A DNA stretch of 64,000 nt from Bacteroidia bacterium (lineage in GTDB: Bacteria; Bacteroidota; Bacteroidia; Bacteroidales; GWA2-32-17): positions 95,311 to 159,310 of the forward strand of contig JACREQ010000069.1 of assembly GCA_016218155.1 (NCBI GenBank), written 5' to 3'. Both the position numbers and the translations under genes were made by a program. The notes beneath the pieces are model-generated. The model saw nothing but the letters and a program-made list of their open reading frames with translations, was not told the DNA's origin and did no database searches. Each line of letters opens with the position of its first letter. Position 1 is the stretch's first letter. Below are positions 1 to 11,024 of the stretch, piece after piece.

Positions 1-1706
1 CATGGGAATGTATTAACTACATCACAAGCTGTGTTAAATGCAAATGGACCAACCCATGTACTTGTAGTACCACCGCAGTCAGCCTGAACATAATATTCAT
101 ATGATGTACCAACTGTTAAGCCACTTAATGTATAAGGATGTGCTGTAACAGCAACAATAGTTCCTGTTCCAATAGCAAAACCTGGTAAACCATACTGTAC
201 ATTCCATGCAGTTTCTGTTCCACCATTTGTCCAGTTTAAAGAAGCTGAAGTTGTTGTTGTTGTTCCAACGCTTAATGCAGTTGGGAACATACAAGCAGGA
301 GGTGTACAACTACTAGTAAATGTAAAGAATGAACCAGCTGTAGGAGATGCTGTAGCTACAAAGGTAATTAATGTAACTCCAAATGGATCTTTTAATGTAA
401 AACCACATTCTTCAGGATATAAACCATCTGTCCAGATTAATTCAATAGAAGCAGCATCACAGATATTTACAGTTTGATTTCCTGCTGTACCAGCAGCAAG
501 TGTAAATTGTCCCATTGATACTCCGTTTTGAATTACTTCAACAGATGCACCATTCCAACCATCACCATAACTATCAGCAAATTCCAAAACATATCCGCAT
601 TGATTAGCAATTGGACAAGCTAATGTTGAGAATGTAAATGGACCAGCCCATAAACTTTGTGAACCACCACAATCAGATTGTACATAAAAATCATAAGTAG
701 TATTAGCAGTTAATCCAGCTAAAGCATAAGGATTAGTTGTTGTTCCGTTTACTGCTGTACCTGCACCTTGAGTAAATCCTGTAACACCGTACTCAATATT
801 CCAGGTTGTTGCTGTACCAATTTCTGTCCAACCTAAAGAAGCTGAAATATCAGTAATATTAGTTACAGCAAGAGTAGTTGGGAATGGACAAGTAGCAGCT
901 ACTTCAGTACCATAAACTTCAAATGGTAAGCCAACGCCATTAGTACCATCCAATAAATTACCCCATGCACCAGCACCAATTTTTTGTTTTGCATTTCCGG
1001 TAATTGCCTGACCAGTAATAGTTATAGGGTTAGCCCATGGACCTGAAGTTAAACTACCAGCTGATGCCCACTGAATCCAGTAAGCTCCACCATTTAAAAC
1101 AATAGCAGGAACATTTACAACATTTCTCATAATAGGACGTGTAGCGCCAGTTAAAGTATTTGCTCTGTAGCATCCTGAGAATACAGTGCGTGATAATACA
1201 TTAGTTGTTGTATCACCCCAAACAATAGTACTTGTTGGCAAACTTGGATCACCATCCCAGATTGCAACATGAACTGCTGTAAAAGTTGAAGTTAATGTAC
1301 TATTAGTTTGATAAGAATAAAAAACTAATGAGTCTATTGTCCAGCTTGTTGCATTAATTAAAACATCTTCAGCAACGTGAGCAAAAGTTGCAATATTATG
1401 ACCAAAACCGTAATTTGTAAGCGGAGCAGCTAACATACTTACATCACCACCAGCAGGACCTGTACCAATATCAGTTCTGAATGGTCCGTTACTGTATAAT
1501 AAAGCTTTTGAATCACTTGTTGAAAAATCAGGTGATGTTACAGAATTATGTGAAGTTCTGATTACTGATGAAATAGAACTTGCTTTTCCGTCATGTGATA
1601 AGTTTTGCTTTTTTGCAACAGGAGTTTTAGTCCCTTGCCCAAAAGCAATAGAACCTGAAAAGGTTATTGCAACTGCAAATAAAAATAAATGTTTAAATTT
1701 TCTCAT
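1..1706 (-). CDS. Secreted protein with fibronectin type III repeats, probable T9SS cargo; 3' end runs out of window
   Basis: Not in ORF track (no stop in window). Hand translation from ATG at 1706: MRKFKHLFLFAVAITFSGSIAFGQ signal peptide, then FN3 repeats (CPFPTTLAVTNITDISASLGW...GLTANTTYDFYVQSDC) and a DSYGDGWNG motif. Confidence 0.85.
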   Translation of the reverse strand, partial: MRKFKHLFLFAVAITFSGSIAFGQGTKTPVAKKQNLSHDGKASSISSVIRTSHNSVTSPDFSTSDSKALLYSNGPFRTDIGTGPAGGDVSMLAAPLTNYGFGHNIATFAHVAEDVLINATSWTIDSLVFYSYQTNSTLTSTFTAVHVAIWDGDPSLPTSTIVWGDTTTNVLSRTVFSGCYRANTLTGATRPIMRNVVNVPAIVLNGGAYWIQWASAGSLTSGPWANPITITGQAITGNAKQKIGAGAWGNLLDGTNGVGLPFEVYGTEVAATCPFPTTLAVTNITDISASLGWTEIGTATTWNIEYGVTGFTQGAGTAVNGTTTNPYALAGLTANTTYDFYVQSDCGGSQSLWAGPFTFSTLACPIANQCGYVLEFADSYGDGWNGASVEVIQNGVSMGQFTLAAGTAGNQTVNICDAASIELIWTDGLYPEECGFTLKDPFGVTLITFVATASPTAGSFFTFTSSCTPPACMFPTALSVGTTTTTSASLNWTNGGTETAWNVQYGLPGFAIGTGTIVAVTAHPYTLSGLTVGTSYEYYVQADCGGTTSTWVGPFAFNTACDVVNTFP

Positions 1707-1780
1707 AATTGATTTGATTTGATTAATAATGCAAAATTAAAGCTAAAAAAGATATTTACCATGATTAAAATTCTAAAACA

Positions 1781-3475
1781 CTATGATTTTGCGATTTTTT
1801 TATTCACAATATTTAGTATTTCTGATTCAAGATTAATAGCATTGTTTTCTATTTCAGTGCCTTCAGAGATTAACTTATTAACAAAAGCTTTATCATCCAA
1901 CCCAGCACAGTTAATTTTAACATTAAGAAATGCACCAATAACTCCACTTCTTGCAGCTATTGCACCAACTCCGGCATCACTTACTGAATTTGGATTTCCG
2001 ATTTCAGCCATTTGTTTAATCATTTCCATAGATTCATAACAGGCTTTCATTACTTTAAATGGAATTTCAATTGCATATTTAGTAGCTTCTTGAATTGCAT
2101 TTTTTCGGTTCTGTTTTTCAGTGTCAGTACTTTTTGGTAATCCGAATGCATCCATAATTTTATTGAATGCTAATGTATCTTCATCTATTAAATGTAACAA
2201 TATGTCATGGTAATATTTACCCTTTTCTGCCAATTTACTAAATTCTTCCCAACGATCATCCCATCCAGGTTTATGAGCTGAAAGATTAGCAACCATAGTT
2301 CCTAAGGCCGCACCCATAGCACCCATTGCAGCAGAAATAGATCCGCCACCGGGAGCAGGAGATTCAGATGCAGTTTCTATAACAAAATCCTTAACAGTAA
2401 AATCAACCAATTTTTTTGATGATTTATCTGCAATCAGATATTCAATAATTTTTTTCTTTGGATCGAAAGGAGCAAGCTCATCTAAACCAAGCGATTTAAC
2501 TGCTATTTTAATAATCTCTGCATCAGAAATTCCACATGAACGTTGTTGTTTAGCAAGAAAATATTTTCCTGCATCAATAAATGATTGGAGAGGAGCAACA
2601 CCTATAAGTTCAGATCCTGTAACACGAAGTCCTCTTTCCTGTGCTTTTTTGCATGCTTCATCAAAAGCAATGTGCATAGGTGTAACAGAAATGTCTGTAA
2701 GGTTAATAGAAATCTGTGCTATACCATATTCTTCAATATACCAACCAATTGCTTTTGCTGACTTTAATGTTCCGGGTGCCCATATTTCTTTACCATTTTC
2801 ATCAATTTTTACTTTACCAGTAACTTGATTACCTTCACGAACAGGTCTTCCTTTTTCGCGAATATCAAAAGCAACTGCGTTAGCTCTGCGCGTTGATGTT
2901 GTATTTAAATTTACATTATATGCTATTAAAAAATTTCTTGCAGAAACTGCTGTTGCTCCTGTTTTAGGCACAAAAGTAGCTGGACCAAAATCCGGTTTCC
3001 ATTCAGGCTTTGCCAATTTCTGTGACAATCCTTCATATTCTCCAGAACGTACATTTGCAAGATTTTTTCTTTCAGGTTTTTGAGCAGCAAATTCGTAACA
3101 ATATACAGGGTATTGTAGTTCTTCTCCAATTCTTTTCGCTAATTTTCTTGCATATTCAGTAGTTTCATCCATTGAAACATTTGCAACAGGAATTAACGGA
3201 CAAACATCCATTGCTCCAAACCTTGGATGTGCACCGGAGTGTTTTGCCATATCAATTACTTCTGTTGCTTTTTTTGCAGCCTGAAAAGCGGCTTCACAAA
3301 CTGCTTCGGGTGTGCCAACAAATGTAACAACTGTACGATTTGTTGCTTTCCCGGGATCTACATCAATAAGCTTAACACCATCCACAGATTCAATAACATC
3401 TGTAATTTGTTTAATAATCTCCATATTCCGACCTTCACTGAAATTCGGAACACATTCAATGATTCTGTTATCCAT
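1781..3475 (-). CDS. ftcD: Bifunctional glutamate formimidoyltransferase / formiminotetrahydrofolate cyclodeaminase
   Basis: N-terminal IIECVPNFSEGR and HPRFGAMDVCP; C-terminal cyclodeaminase ASESPAPGGGS and GNPNSVSDAGVG. Confidence 0.95.
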   Translation of the reverse strand: MDNRIIECVPNFSEGRNMEIIKQITDVIESVDGVKLIDVDPGKATNRTVVTFVGTPEAVCEAAFQAAKKATEVIDMAKHSGAHPRFGAMDVCPLIPVANVSMDETTEYARKLAKRIGEELQYPVYCYEFAAQKPERKNLANVRSGEYEGLSQKLAKPEWKPDFGPATFVPKTGATAVSARNFLIAYNVNLNTTSTRRANAVAFDIREKGRPVREGNQVTGKVKIDENGKEIWAPGTLKSAKAIGWYIEEYGIAQISINLTDISVTPMHIAFDEACKKAQERGLRVTGSELIGVAPLQSFIDAGKYFLAKQQRSCGISDAEIIKIAVKSLGLDELAPFDPKKKIIEYLIADKSSKKLVDFTVKDFVIETASESPAPGGGSISAAMGAMGAALGTMVANLSAHKPGWDDRWEEFSKLAEKGKYYHDILLHLIDEDTLAFNKIMDAFGLPKSTDTEKQNRKNAIQEATKYAIEIPFKVMKACYESMEMIKQMAEIGNPNSVSDAGVGAIAARSGVIGAFLNVKINCAGLDDKAFVNKLISEGTEIENNAINLESEILNIVNKKIAKS

Positions 3476-3496
3476 AAAAATATTAAAATGATTTAA

Positions 3497-4072
3497 TTAA
3501 AAAGAAAAACCTATTCCAAAATTAGCATTTAAAAAACTACCTGGACCAGTAAAATACCATAAAACATCATCGAGAGTGGTATATTCAAACCCATCTATAT
3601 ATATTGTTTGAGCTGCAGTAAATTTTGAATATTGAAAACCCAGAAATAAATCTATAGGCATTTCACCTCCACCTACAAGAAATTGGTAACCAATACCTAA
3701 ACCTGCACCATAAGTAGGAAAGCTCCTCTGAGATGAAATAGTTAAAGTATCAGTAACGCTTTCATAAGTATAATCCATTTTTGAATTAAAATAACCAATA
3801 ACAGCTTTGCCTTGTATATAAAAACCTTTGGGTGCGCTGCCAGTCGGATATAATCTTACAATAGGATCTAATCTAAAACCTTTGAAATGCATATAATATG
3901 CATTAATATAGGCCCCTGCACTAATGTTTTCATTTAAATTTCTTTCGTATTTAATTCGTAATTTATCAACAAAACCCATAGGTGCAAATGTTACAACATT
4001 CTTCTGTGCAAAAGTTGTAATACAAAATACGGATAATGCTAAGAATAAAATAGTTCGTTTAAAATTTTTCAT
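3497..4072 (-). CDS. Outer-membrane beta-barrel protein (DUF3575-like)
   Basis: Signal peptide, amphipathic strands, GAGLGIGYQF, C-terminal Phe (IGFSF). Confidence 0.65.
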   Translation of the reverse strand: MKNFKRTILFLALSVFCITTFAQKNVVTFAPMGFVDKLRIKYERNLNENISAGAYINAYYMHFKGFRLDPIVRLYPTGSAPKGFYIQGKAVIGYFNSKMDYTYESVTDTLTISSQRSFPTYGAGLGIGYQFLVGGGEMPIDLFLGFQYSKFTAAQTIYIDGFEYTTLDDVLWYFTGPGSFLNANFGIGFSF

Positions 4073-4112
4073 TCAGTTTATGTTTAATAGGTCAACAAAG
4101 ATAAATATTATT

Positions 4113-7076
4113 TTAGTGTAAAACAGTGAATTTATAATGTTCTACAATTGATTCGTTATTAAATTGTAAAAAATAAATCCCATTAGATAAGGTACTTACA
4201 TCTATTGAAAAAGAATTTTTATCAATACTATTTATTGGAACTATGATTTCTTCACCATTAATATTAATAATATGAATATTATTTTTAAAATCAAGATATG
4301 TTTTAGTGTTAATTGTTAATTTTAAGCTTGCAGGATTTGGAAAAATTGAAACCAGGTTTGAATTATTCTCGTTTATTGAATTTGGCTCTAAAATAAGTAT
4401 ACCATCCGAAGAGGATACTGAAGAGGTAAGACCTGCACCATTAACTGCTTTTGTATTTAAATAATAAATGGTATTGTAATTCAGAGCTAGTGAATTTACT
4501 GTAACAGAAGTGTTCAATAAATTACTGATCCATAATCCAGAAATACTTGAATCCAGAGGTGATATTCCAATTGAATATTTATACAAACCAATACCTGAAT
4601 TTGAATCTGTACTTACCAACCAGTTTCCGGTTAATTGTGTATTTGTAAAAGAAGTATCAATATCTGAACTAATGCCGTCATTAACCAGACTAATGTCAGT
4701 AGGGGGTGTCCAGTCAACATTTAAGTTAGTTTTTGCAATTAAGGATAGATTGTGATTACCATCAACTATTATTGATTTTATTTGAGCTGAAGGTGTAGAA
4801 GGATTTGAATTCTGAAAACGTATATCTTTAGTAATATCACCAATAGTAATATTAGCAGTAGCCAACCTAGAGCGATAAACATTAAAATCACTTATAGTTA
4901 ATTTACTGTTGCCTGAACGAAAACTGATATAATTTCCATTTGTTGAATAAGGTGCAGGATCAGTCCAGCTTCCAATAAAAATATCATCGCGCCATACTGA
5001 GATTATTCCTAATACTCTATCATAAGTAATTTTAAAATCATAGTATTGACCAGGATTTGTAATCACATTTGTTACAATACTTGATGCACTTGTAAAACTA
5101 TTTCCAACAACTTTGTAAAACTCCATTGTTTGTCCTTCAACTCTGAACCAAACAAAATATGAATTACCTCTATTTGTTTGACTTGCAGAATCGCAGAAGA
5201 GATGAAATCCAAATCTGCGATTACCACCTGTTCCTTCAACTTTTGCTTTAAAATGATATAAATATCTGTTAGATAAATTCTGATTTAATGCAGCATAAAA
5301 ATTAGTATTAGTTTCTGATTCATTTGTTTGAATCAATTCTCCAGAAGAAATATTCCAGGTTCCCAAGCCACTTGTCCAAACAGGTTGCTGAATATTAAAT
5401 GAATCTGTAAAAAATCCATTATTTGTATTAGCTCCCCAATTTGCACCATCAAAATCTGAAACATTATAAAATGACTTTTCAACTCCAGTTCCGTTATCTG
5501 TATCTGTAAAATTTGCAATAAGGTTTTGAGTAATCCATGGAGTAGGTGAGGTAATTAAAGTAACAGGTGAAATGTTGTCGGTAATACATTGCCATATTGC
5601 ACTATATCCTGAACTTGTTGTTAAGTTATCTGAATGAAATTTTAAAGTAATTGATGGATTATTTGAGGTAATAGTTGCAGGAATAGTTGTTCCTGTATAA
5701 CCCCCAATTAATGGAGAATTTATGGTTGGGCCATTATACAAGTATAAAGAATCATATCCGGCTTCTAAATTGAATGATTGAAAATTTAGCATTACTGATG
5801 CTGCATTTGAAGGAGAAATTGTAAAAGAATAGTTTTCCTTATCATAATAATTACGTAAAGGACCACCCATATCATAAATAGTATCAGTGCAGTTATCAAC
5901 CCGGCAAGTAGTAAATTTATTTTTAATTTTATCCCATAATTCAGGGTAACCATCATCGTAACCCAAAGCCCATATTCCAATACCTCCAATTCCTCGCTGA
6001 TTTACCATATCATATCGTTTTCCTAAACTATACGAATCATCTATCCAGCATTGATACCATTGACTACCAGTTTGGTAAGTATAATAAGGAGTGAAAGAAG
6101 TCTGGTCCCAAAGTTTTGTTGTGTAATTTCCGCTTGTATTATTTCTAACAGTATTGTAAAATGGAGAAGTTCCAGAGGCTGTAGTAGCTGATCCTATTAA
6201 ATTACTAGCAGTTGCCCACTGTTTTCCATAATAAGGTAATCCAAGTATTAATTTTGATTTTGTAACACCTTGACTAAGATAATAAGTTATAGACTTTGTT
6301 AAAGTATAATTGTAGGATGTAATAAAATTGTATAAAGGATCATTTGGACCTGCAGTAGAACTTCCACCATAATAATAATCATAACCCATTATTATGAACA
6401 AATCAACGTAATTATTTAATACAGGTATGTCAAAAACGCCACTCCAATCAACCGAAAAAAGTGCAATACTAACCTGAGAACCTGGAATAGCCGTATGCAT
6501 CTGATTACAAAGATCTATCATAAATGCAGTAAGTTGATTTTTTTGAGAAGAAGGCACGCCTTCGAAATCGATATTAACCCCATTCGCACCTCTGCTTTGT
6601 ACTAAATTTATTAGGTTAGTAATTAAAGTCTGCTGACTTGAACTACTTGCAAAAAAAGTAGCATGACTACTAAATAGTGTTACGCATAAATTTACTCTAA
6701 CTCCGTTTGCCAAAGCTTGAGTTACAACATTTGCAGATGCCCAACTGTGCGTTGTACTCGCATTTCCAGTTGCAGGATCAACTTCATAAGAAAAATATGA
6801 AAGATCAGAAATTAATGTCCAATCGTAATTTGCTTCAAGGCCATTACTCCAATATGGGTGCCAGCCAAATACGATTTTATTTAAATTACAAGCTTTTGAA
6901 CGCAGTCGTCCATTTGATTTAAATACTCCACGAACTAATGACCAATCATAATCATCGCCAAATTGCTTGTAATATTCACTTTCTTCCTGATGAATAGATT
7001 TAAAATCAGAATTTTGAGAGAATGCAGGGATGACAAATACAAATAATAAGATAGTTAAATAGAAGTTTGTTTTCAT
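4113..7076 (-). CDS. GH18 glycoside hydrolase with CUB domain, accessory beta domains and T9SS C-terminal domain
   Basis: GANGVNIDFE catalytic motif, IMGYDY, GIGIWALG; CUB (FNLEAGYDSLYLYNG); IFPNPA...LSNGIYFL CTD. Confidence 0.85.
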   Translation of the reverse strand: MKTNFYLTILLFVFVIPAFSQNSDFKSIHQEESEYYKQFGDDYDWSLVRGVFKSNGRLRSKACNLNKIVFGWHPYWSNGLEANYDWTLISDLSYFSYEVDPATGNASTTHSWASANVVTQALANGVRVNLCVTLFSSHATFFASSSSQQTLITNLINLVQSRGANGVNIDFEGVPSSQKNQLTAFMIDLCNQMHTAIPGSQVSIALFSVDWSGVFDIPVLNNYVDLFIIMGYDYYYGGSSTAGPNDPLYNFITSYNYTLTKSITYYLSQGVTKSKLILGLPYYGKQWATASNLIGSATTASGTSPFYNTVRNNTSGNYTTKLWDQTSFTPYYTYQTGSQWYQCWIDDSYSLGKRYDMVNQRGIGGIGIWALGYDDGYPELWDKIKNKFTTCRVDNCTDTIYDMGGPLRNYYDKENYSFTISPSNAASVMLNFQSFNLEAGYDSLYLYNGPTINSPLIGGYTGTTIPATITSNNPSITLKFHSDNLTTSSGYSAIWQCITDNISPVTLITSPTPWITQNLIANFTDTDNGTGVEKSFYNVSDFDGANWGANTNNGFFTDSFNIQQPVWTSGLGTWNISSGELIQTNESETNTNFYAALNQNLSNRYLYHFKAKVEGTGGNRRFGFHLFCDSASQTNRGNSYFVWFRVEGQTMEFYKVVGNSFTSASSIVTNVITNPGQYYDFKITYDRVLGIISVWRDDIFIGSWTDPAPYSTNGNYISFRSGNSKLTISDFNVYRSRLATANITIGDITKDIRFQNSNPSTPSAQIKSIIVDGNHNLSLIAKTNLNVDWTPPTDISLVNDGISSDIDTSFTNTQLTGNWLVSTDSNSGIGLYKYSIGISPLDSSISGLWISNLLNTSVTVNSLALNYNTIYYLNTKAVNGAGLTSSVSSSDGILILEPNSINENNSNLVSIFPNPASLKLTINTKTYLDFKNNIHIININGEEIIVPINSIDKNSFSIDVSTLSNGIYFLQFNNESIVEHYKFTVLH

Positions 7077-7161
7077 TATAATGTTGTTAGGAACATCAAA
7101 ATTACCTTATTTTTGTATAGTCTGCAAAAAGATTTATTAGTATTATAAAACATTAATTATC

Positions 7162-7428
7162 ATGCAAGTTAAAATTGAAAAACTTACAGAATCTCAAATC
7201 GAAGAAAAAAAGATTCGTAAATGGTCAATCTGGGAAAAAGAAATATCTGATTTTGAATGGTACTACGATAGCATGGAACAATGCCTTTTTCTTGAAGGAG
7301 AAGTAACAGTAAAAACTTATGAAGGAGATTATCATATTAAAAAAGGTGATTTTGTAACATTTAACAAAGGATTAGCTTGTACATGGCAGGTAAAAAAAGC
7401 AGTAAAGAAACATTATAAGTTTTATTGA
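7162..7428 (+). CDS. Cupin domain protein (DUF861/cupin_3 type)
   Basis: WSIWEKE...EQCLFLEGEV...KKGDFVTF.KGL.CTW.V...VKKHY. Confidence 0.85.
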   Translation: MQVKIEKLTESQIEEKKIRKWSIWEKEISDFEWYYDSMEQCLFLEGEVTVKTYEGDYHIKKGDFVTFNKGLACTWQVKKAVKKHYKFY

Positions 7429-7518
7429 AAATCAGGCGCATTACAATATTCATTTTTAATTTCAATAAAATCTTATAATTTTAAAATTTATTAAACATTA
7501 CTTTTTTTCTTAAATATA

Positions 7519-9609
7519 ATGGTCAGAAAACTTCTATTTATATTTTTCATTCTTAGTTCATATATTTTAAAATCACAAACCTTTTCAATAAATCCTAATT
7601 CAATAATTAACGACAATTCAACTACAGATTTCCCAATTCTGGTTTCGGGTTTATCGCCTGCAAATATTGACACATTTAATTTTGGTTTAGAAACTGTTTG
7701 TATTAACCTTACTCACACCTGGGATGCAGATCTTAATATATACATTATTTCTCCCGACGGTACAACAGTAATGCTTGTAAGCGGACAGGGTGGATCAGAT
7801 GATAATTATACAAATACATGTTTTAATGTTTATTCTACTCAAACAATACCTGCAGGTTCTGCTCCGTTTACCGGAACTTTTAAACCAATGGGGCAAATGG
7901 GAAGAGTTAACAACGGACAGAATGGAAATGGCACATGGATTTTAAGAGTAGTTGATACATATGCTCAAGATGACGGAACTGTTCTTTCATTCAGTTTAAC
8001 ATTTGGAAATAATCCTGCAAACTACTTTTCAATTCACGAATCAGATTTGCCAATTTTTGTAATAAACTCAAATGGTCAGCAAATTCCAAATGATCCTAAA
8101 ATCATGGCCGATTTAGGTGTTGTATGGAACGGAGATGGAATCCGAAATCATTTAACCGATACATTTAATAATTATAATGGAAAAATAGGAATTGAGCTAA
8201 GAGGAGCCAGTTCATTAAGTTTTCCTAAAAAACAATATTCTGTTGAATTATGGGACATAAACAGCAATAGTATTGACAGTAGTTTATGTGGATTACCTGC
8301 TGAAAACGATTGGGTTTTAAGTGCACAATATCCAGATAAATCTCTAATGCGTGGAATGTTATCATTTCATTTAATCAGAGAAATGGGATGGTATGCACCA
8401 AGATGCAAACCTGTTGAACTTATTATTAACGGAGAATACCTTGGTGTTTATGTTTTGATGGAGAAAGTTAAACGCGACAATAACCGCATTAATATTTCTA
8501 AGCTTCAAACTACTGATATTTCCGGCGATCAGCTTACAGGTGGTTACATTTTACAATTAGATAAAAATTCGGGAAACGCAGATCCGGGCTGGAACTCGCC
8601 ATATTTACCATGGCCTTCTGGCGATTCAATTTTTATTAATTATATTTATCCTGATGGTGCCACCATTGTTCCACAACAATCTGCATATATAAAGGCTTAT
8701 GTTGATAGTTTTGAAACTTCCTTGATTGGTCCAAACTTTATGGATCAAAACATTGGATTTAGAAAATATGCCAATATAAATTCATGTGTTGATGCTTTTA
8801 TTATTCAGGAATTATCAAAAAGCATTGATGCATACCGGAAAAGCTTTTACTTGTATAAAGATAAGGATAGCAAGGGTGGTAAGCTGGTAATGGCTCCAAT
8901 ATGGGACTATGACTTAACATATGGCAATGCTGGATTTTGCGAAGGTGAAAACTTCGCAGGATGGCAGTATAATTTCAATTATGTTTGTGGTGGCGATTAC
9001 TGGTTAAATCCTTTCTGGTACGAAAGAATGGTACAGGATTCATTATTTAACAATCAGGTACGTTGCAGATGGGAAGAACTAAGAGAAACAATTCTTAGTC
9101 AGAATTATCTTAATAATTGGATTGATTCAACTGCAAATTACATGAATGAAAGTCAGGGATGGAATTTTACCATATGGCCAATTTTAGGCTCTTACGTATG
9201 GCCTAATTACTATATTGGTCAAAATTTACAAGAAGAAATAGACACTTTAAAATGGTGGTTGTTTGAAAGAATAAACTGGCTTGATAACAATTTGCCGGGA
9301 AATTCAAACAATTGCAATCCAACTGGAATCAACAATAGTTATATTACCGTTAATAATACTAAAATATATCCAAACCCATTTATCAACGAAATTAATTTCT
9401 CGCTTTACCTTTTAAAACCTGATAAAATAACCATAACAATTTTCAATACATTAGGACAAAAGGTAATGTTACCAATAGAAATTCAGGGAACAACAAAAAC
9501 TAATAATATTAATATTAAACTACCACAAATACTTCCTTCGGGATTATATGTTATGCAGATAAATACAGCAAACAAAACCTGGACTCAAAATATTTCTAAA
9601 ATAGAGTAA
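7519..9609 (+). CDS. CotH-family atypical kinase with N-terminal proprotein-convertase P-like domain and T9SS CTD
   Basis: IELRGASS..FPKKQYSVEL, NGEYLGVYVLMEK, GGYILQLD, APIWDYDLTYGN; N-terminal THTWDADL...NGTWILRVVD; IYPNPF CTD. Confidence 0.9.
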   Translation: MVRKLLFIFFILSSYILKSQTFSINPNSIINDNSTTDFPILVSGLSPANIDTFNFGLETVCINLTHTWDADLNIYIISPDGTTVMLVSGQGGSDDNYTNTCFNVYSTQTIPAGSAPFTGTFKPMGQMGRVNNGQNGNGTWILRVVDTYAQDDGTVLSFSLTFGNNPANYFSIHESDLPIFVINSNGQQIPNDPKIMADLGVVWNGDGIRNHLTDTFNNYNGKIGIELRGASSLSFPKKQYSVELWDINSNSIDSSLCGLPAENDWVLSAQYPDKSLMRGMLSFHLIREMGWYAPRCKPVELIINGEYLGVYVLMEKVKRDNNRINISKLQTTDISGDQLTGGYILQLDKNSGNADPGWNSPYLPWPSGDSIFINYIYPDGATIVPQQSAYIKAYVDSFETSLIGPNFMDQNIGFRKYANINSCVDAFIIQELSKSIDAYRKSFYLYKDKDSKGGKLVMAPIWDYDLTYGNAGFCEGENFAGWQYNFNYVCGGDYWLNPFWYERMVQDSLFNNQVRCRWEELRETILSQNYLNNWIDSTANYMNESQGWNFTIWPILGSYVWPNYYIGQNLQEEIDTLKWWLFERINWLDNNLPGNSNNCNPTGINNSYITVNNTKIYPNPFINEINFSLYLLKPDKITITIFNTLGQKVMLPIEIQGTTKTNNINIKLPQILPSGLYVMQINTANKTWTQNISKIE

Positions 9610-9716
9610 TTACATCTTGGATCTCGAAATTAACATTTGGGAAACTCATACCTTTTGTTAGGAAACTGGATATTGTAATATTTTTTTTCTCAATTTAGCT
9701 TTGAGAAAAAACAATT

Positions 9717-10925
9717 ATGAAAGCACAATTATTTTTTACAATTTATTTTTCTGTTTATTATTTATGCTGTCAAGCTCAAAATACTTGGACACAGAAAGCA
9801 AATTTTCCGGACAATTCTTTAGTTGGCACCTTTTCTTTTTCTATAGGTAATAAGGGTTATGTAGGTGGCGGATCAGATTGTTCTGGAAATTTTTCAAATA
9901 AATTTTGGGAATATGATCCATTTTTAAATTTATGGACACAAAAGGCAAATTTTGCTGGCGGTAAAAGAGATTATGCAACTTCTGTCTCAATTCTGGGAAA
10001 GGGATATGTGGGTTTAGGAAGGGACTCAACTTACACATTGATAAATGATTGGTGGGAATATGACCCAATCTTAAATTCATGGACGCAAAAAGGTAATTTT
10101 GGCGGTGGTTCTACTTTTTATCCAGCCGTGTTTACTATCGAAAATAAAGCATATATTTGTTCAGGTACAGAAAATAATACATATACCATTTGTACTAATT
10201 CACTTTGGCAATACAATCCAATTAATGATACTTGGACTCAGAAAGCAAGTTTTCCTGCACAATCAAGACTTGGTGCATTTGCATTTGCAATAAACAAAAA
10301 AGGATACTTTGGAGGTGGCTTTTATCACAATAATCTATTGCCAGACTTTTGGGAGTATAATCCAATTCCAGACAGTTGGCAACAGAAAGCTACAATTCCA
10401 GATTCTGTTTGGATAGATGCTTGTGCTTTTTCAATTTGCGGATTTGGTTTCCTTGGCGTTGGAGAAAATCTAGAAACATCTAGTAATTTTTGGCAATATA
10501 ATCCTGTAAATGATCAATGGTCTCAAATAGCTACATTTCCTGGAACAGAAAGAGATGAATGTGCTTTTTTTGTGATTAACGAGAAAGGCTATATTGGTTT
10601 AGGAGGAGATAACTGCTTCCCATCTTATAATGATTTTTATGAATACACACCTAATTGCTTAACAGATTTATCTGAATTTTCAGATTCTAAATTGGAAATA
10701 GACTTCTACCATAATCCTACAAGTAACTTACTTAATGTTAATTTTAACAACTCTAAAAAATCAACAATTGAAATTATCAATAGTAATGGAACAACTATTT
10801 TTTCAGACCAATTCATTAATCAAGAAACAAAGCAGATAGATATTTCTAAATATGCTAAAGGTTTTTATTTTGTAATTATTAAGTCTGAGGATTTAATAAA
10901 AGTCGAAAAGTTGATAATAGAGTAG
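9717..10925 (+). CDS. Kelch-repeat beta-propeller protein with T9SS CTD
   Basis: Six repeats of WTQKANF...KGYVG.G...FWEYDP; C-terminal KGFYFVII...KLIIE. Confidence 0.9.
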   Translation: MKAQLFFTIYFSVYYLCCQAQNTWTQKANFPDNSLVGTFSFSIGNKGYVGGGSDCSGNFSNKFWEYDPFLNLWTQKANFAGGKRDYATSVSILGKGYVGLGRDSTYTLINDWWEYDPILNSWTQKGNFGGGSTFYPAVFTIENKAYICSGTENNTYTICTNSLWQYNPINDTWTQKASFPAQSRLGAFAFAINKKGYFGGGFYHNNLLPDFWEYNPIPDSWQQKATIPDSVWIDACAFSICGFGFLGVGENLETSSNFWQYNPVNDQWSQIATFPGTERDECAFFVINEKGYIGLGGDNCFPSYNDFYEYTPNCLTDLSEFSDSKLEIDFYHNPTSNLLNVNFNNSKKSTIEIINSNGTTIFSDQFINQETKQIDISKYAKGFYFVIIKSEDLIKVEKLIIE

Positions 10926-11024
10926 CTTATTTTCAATGTTTCTAAATGTTTTCAAACATATACAGAATAAAAATATATTCTATATATGTTTTTTTAGTAT
11001 TTTTATTTACAAATATTTAATAAT

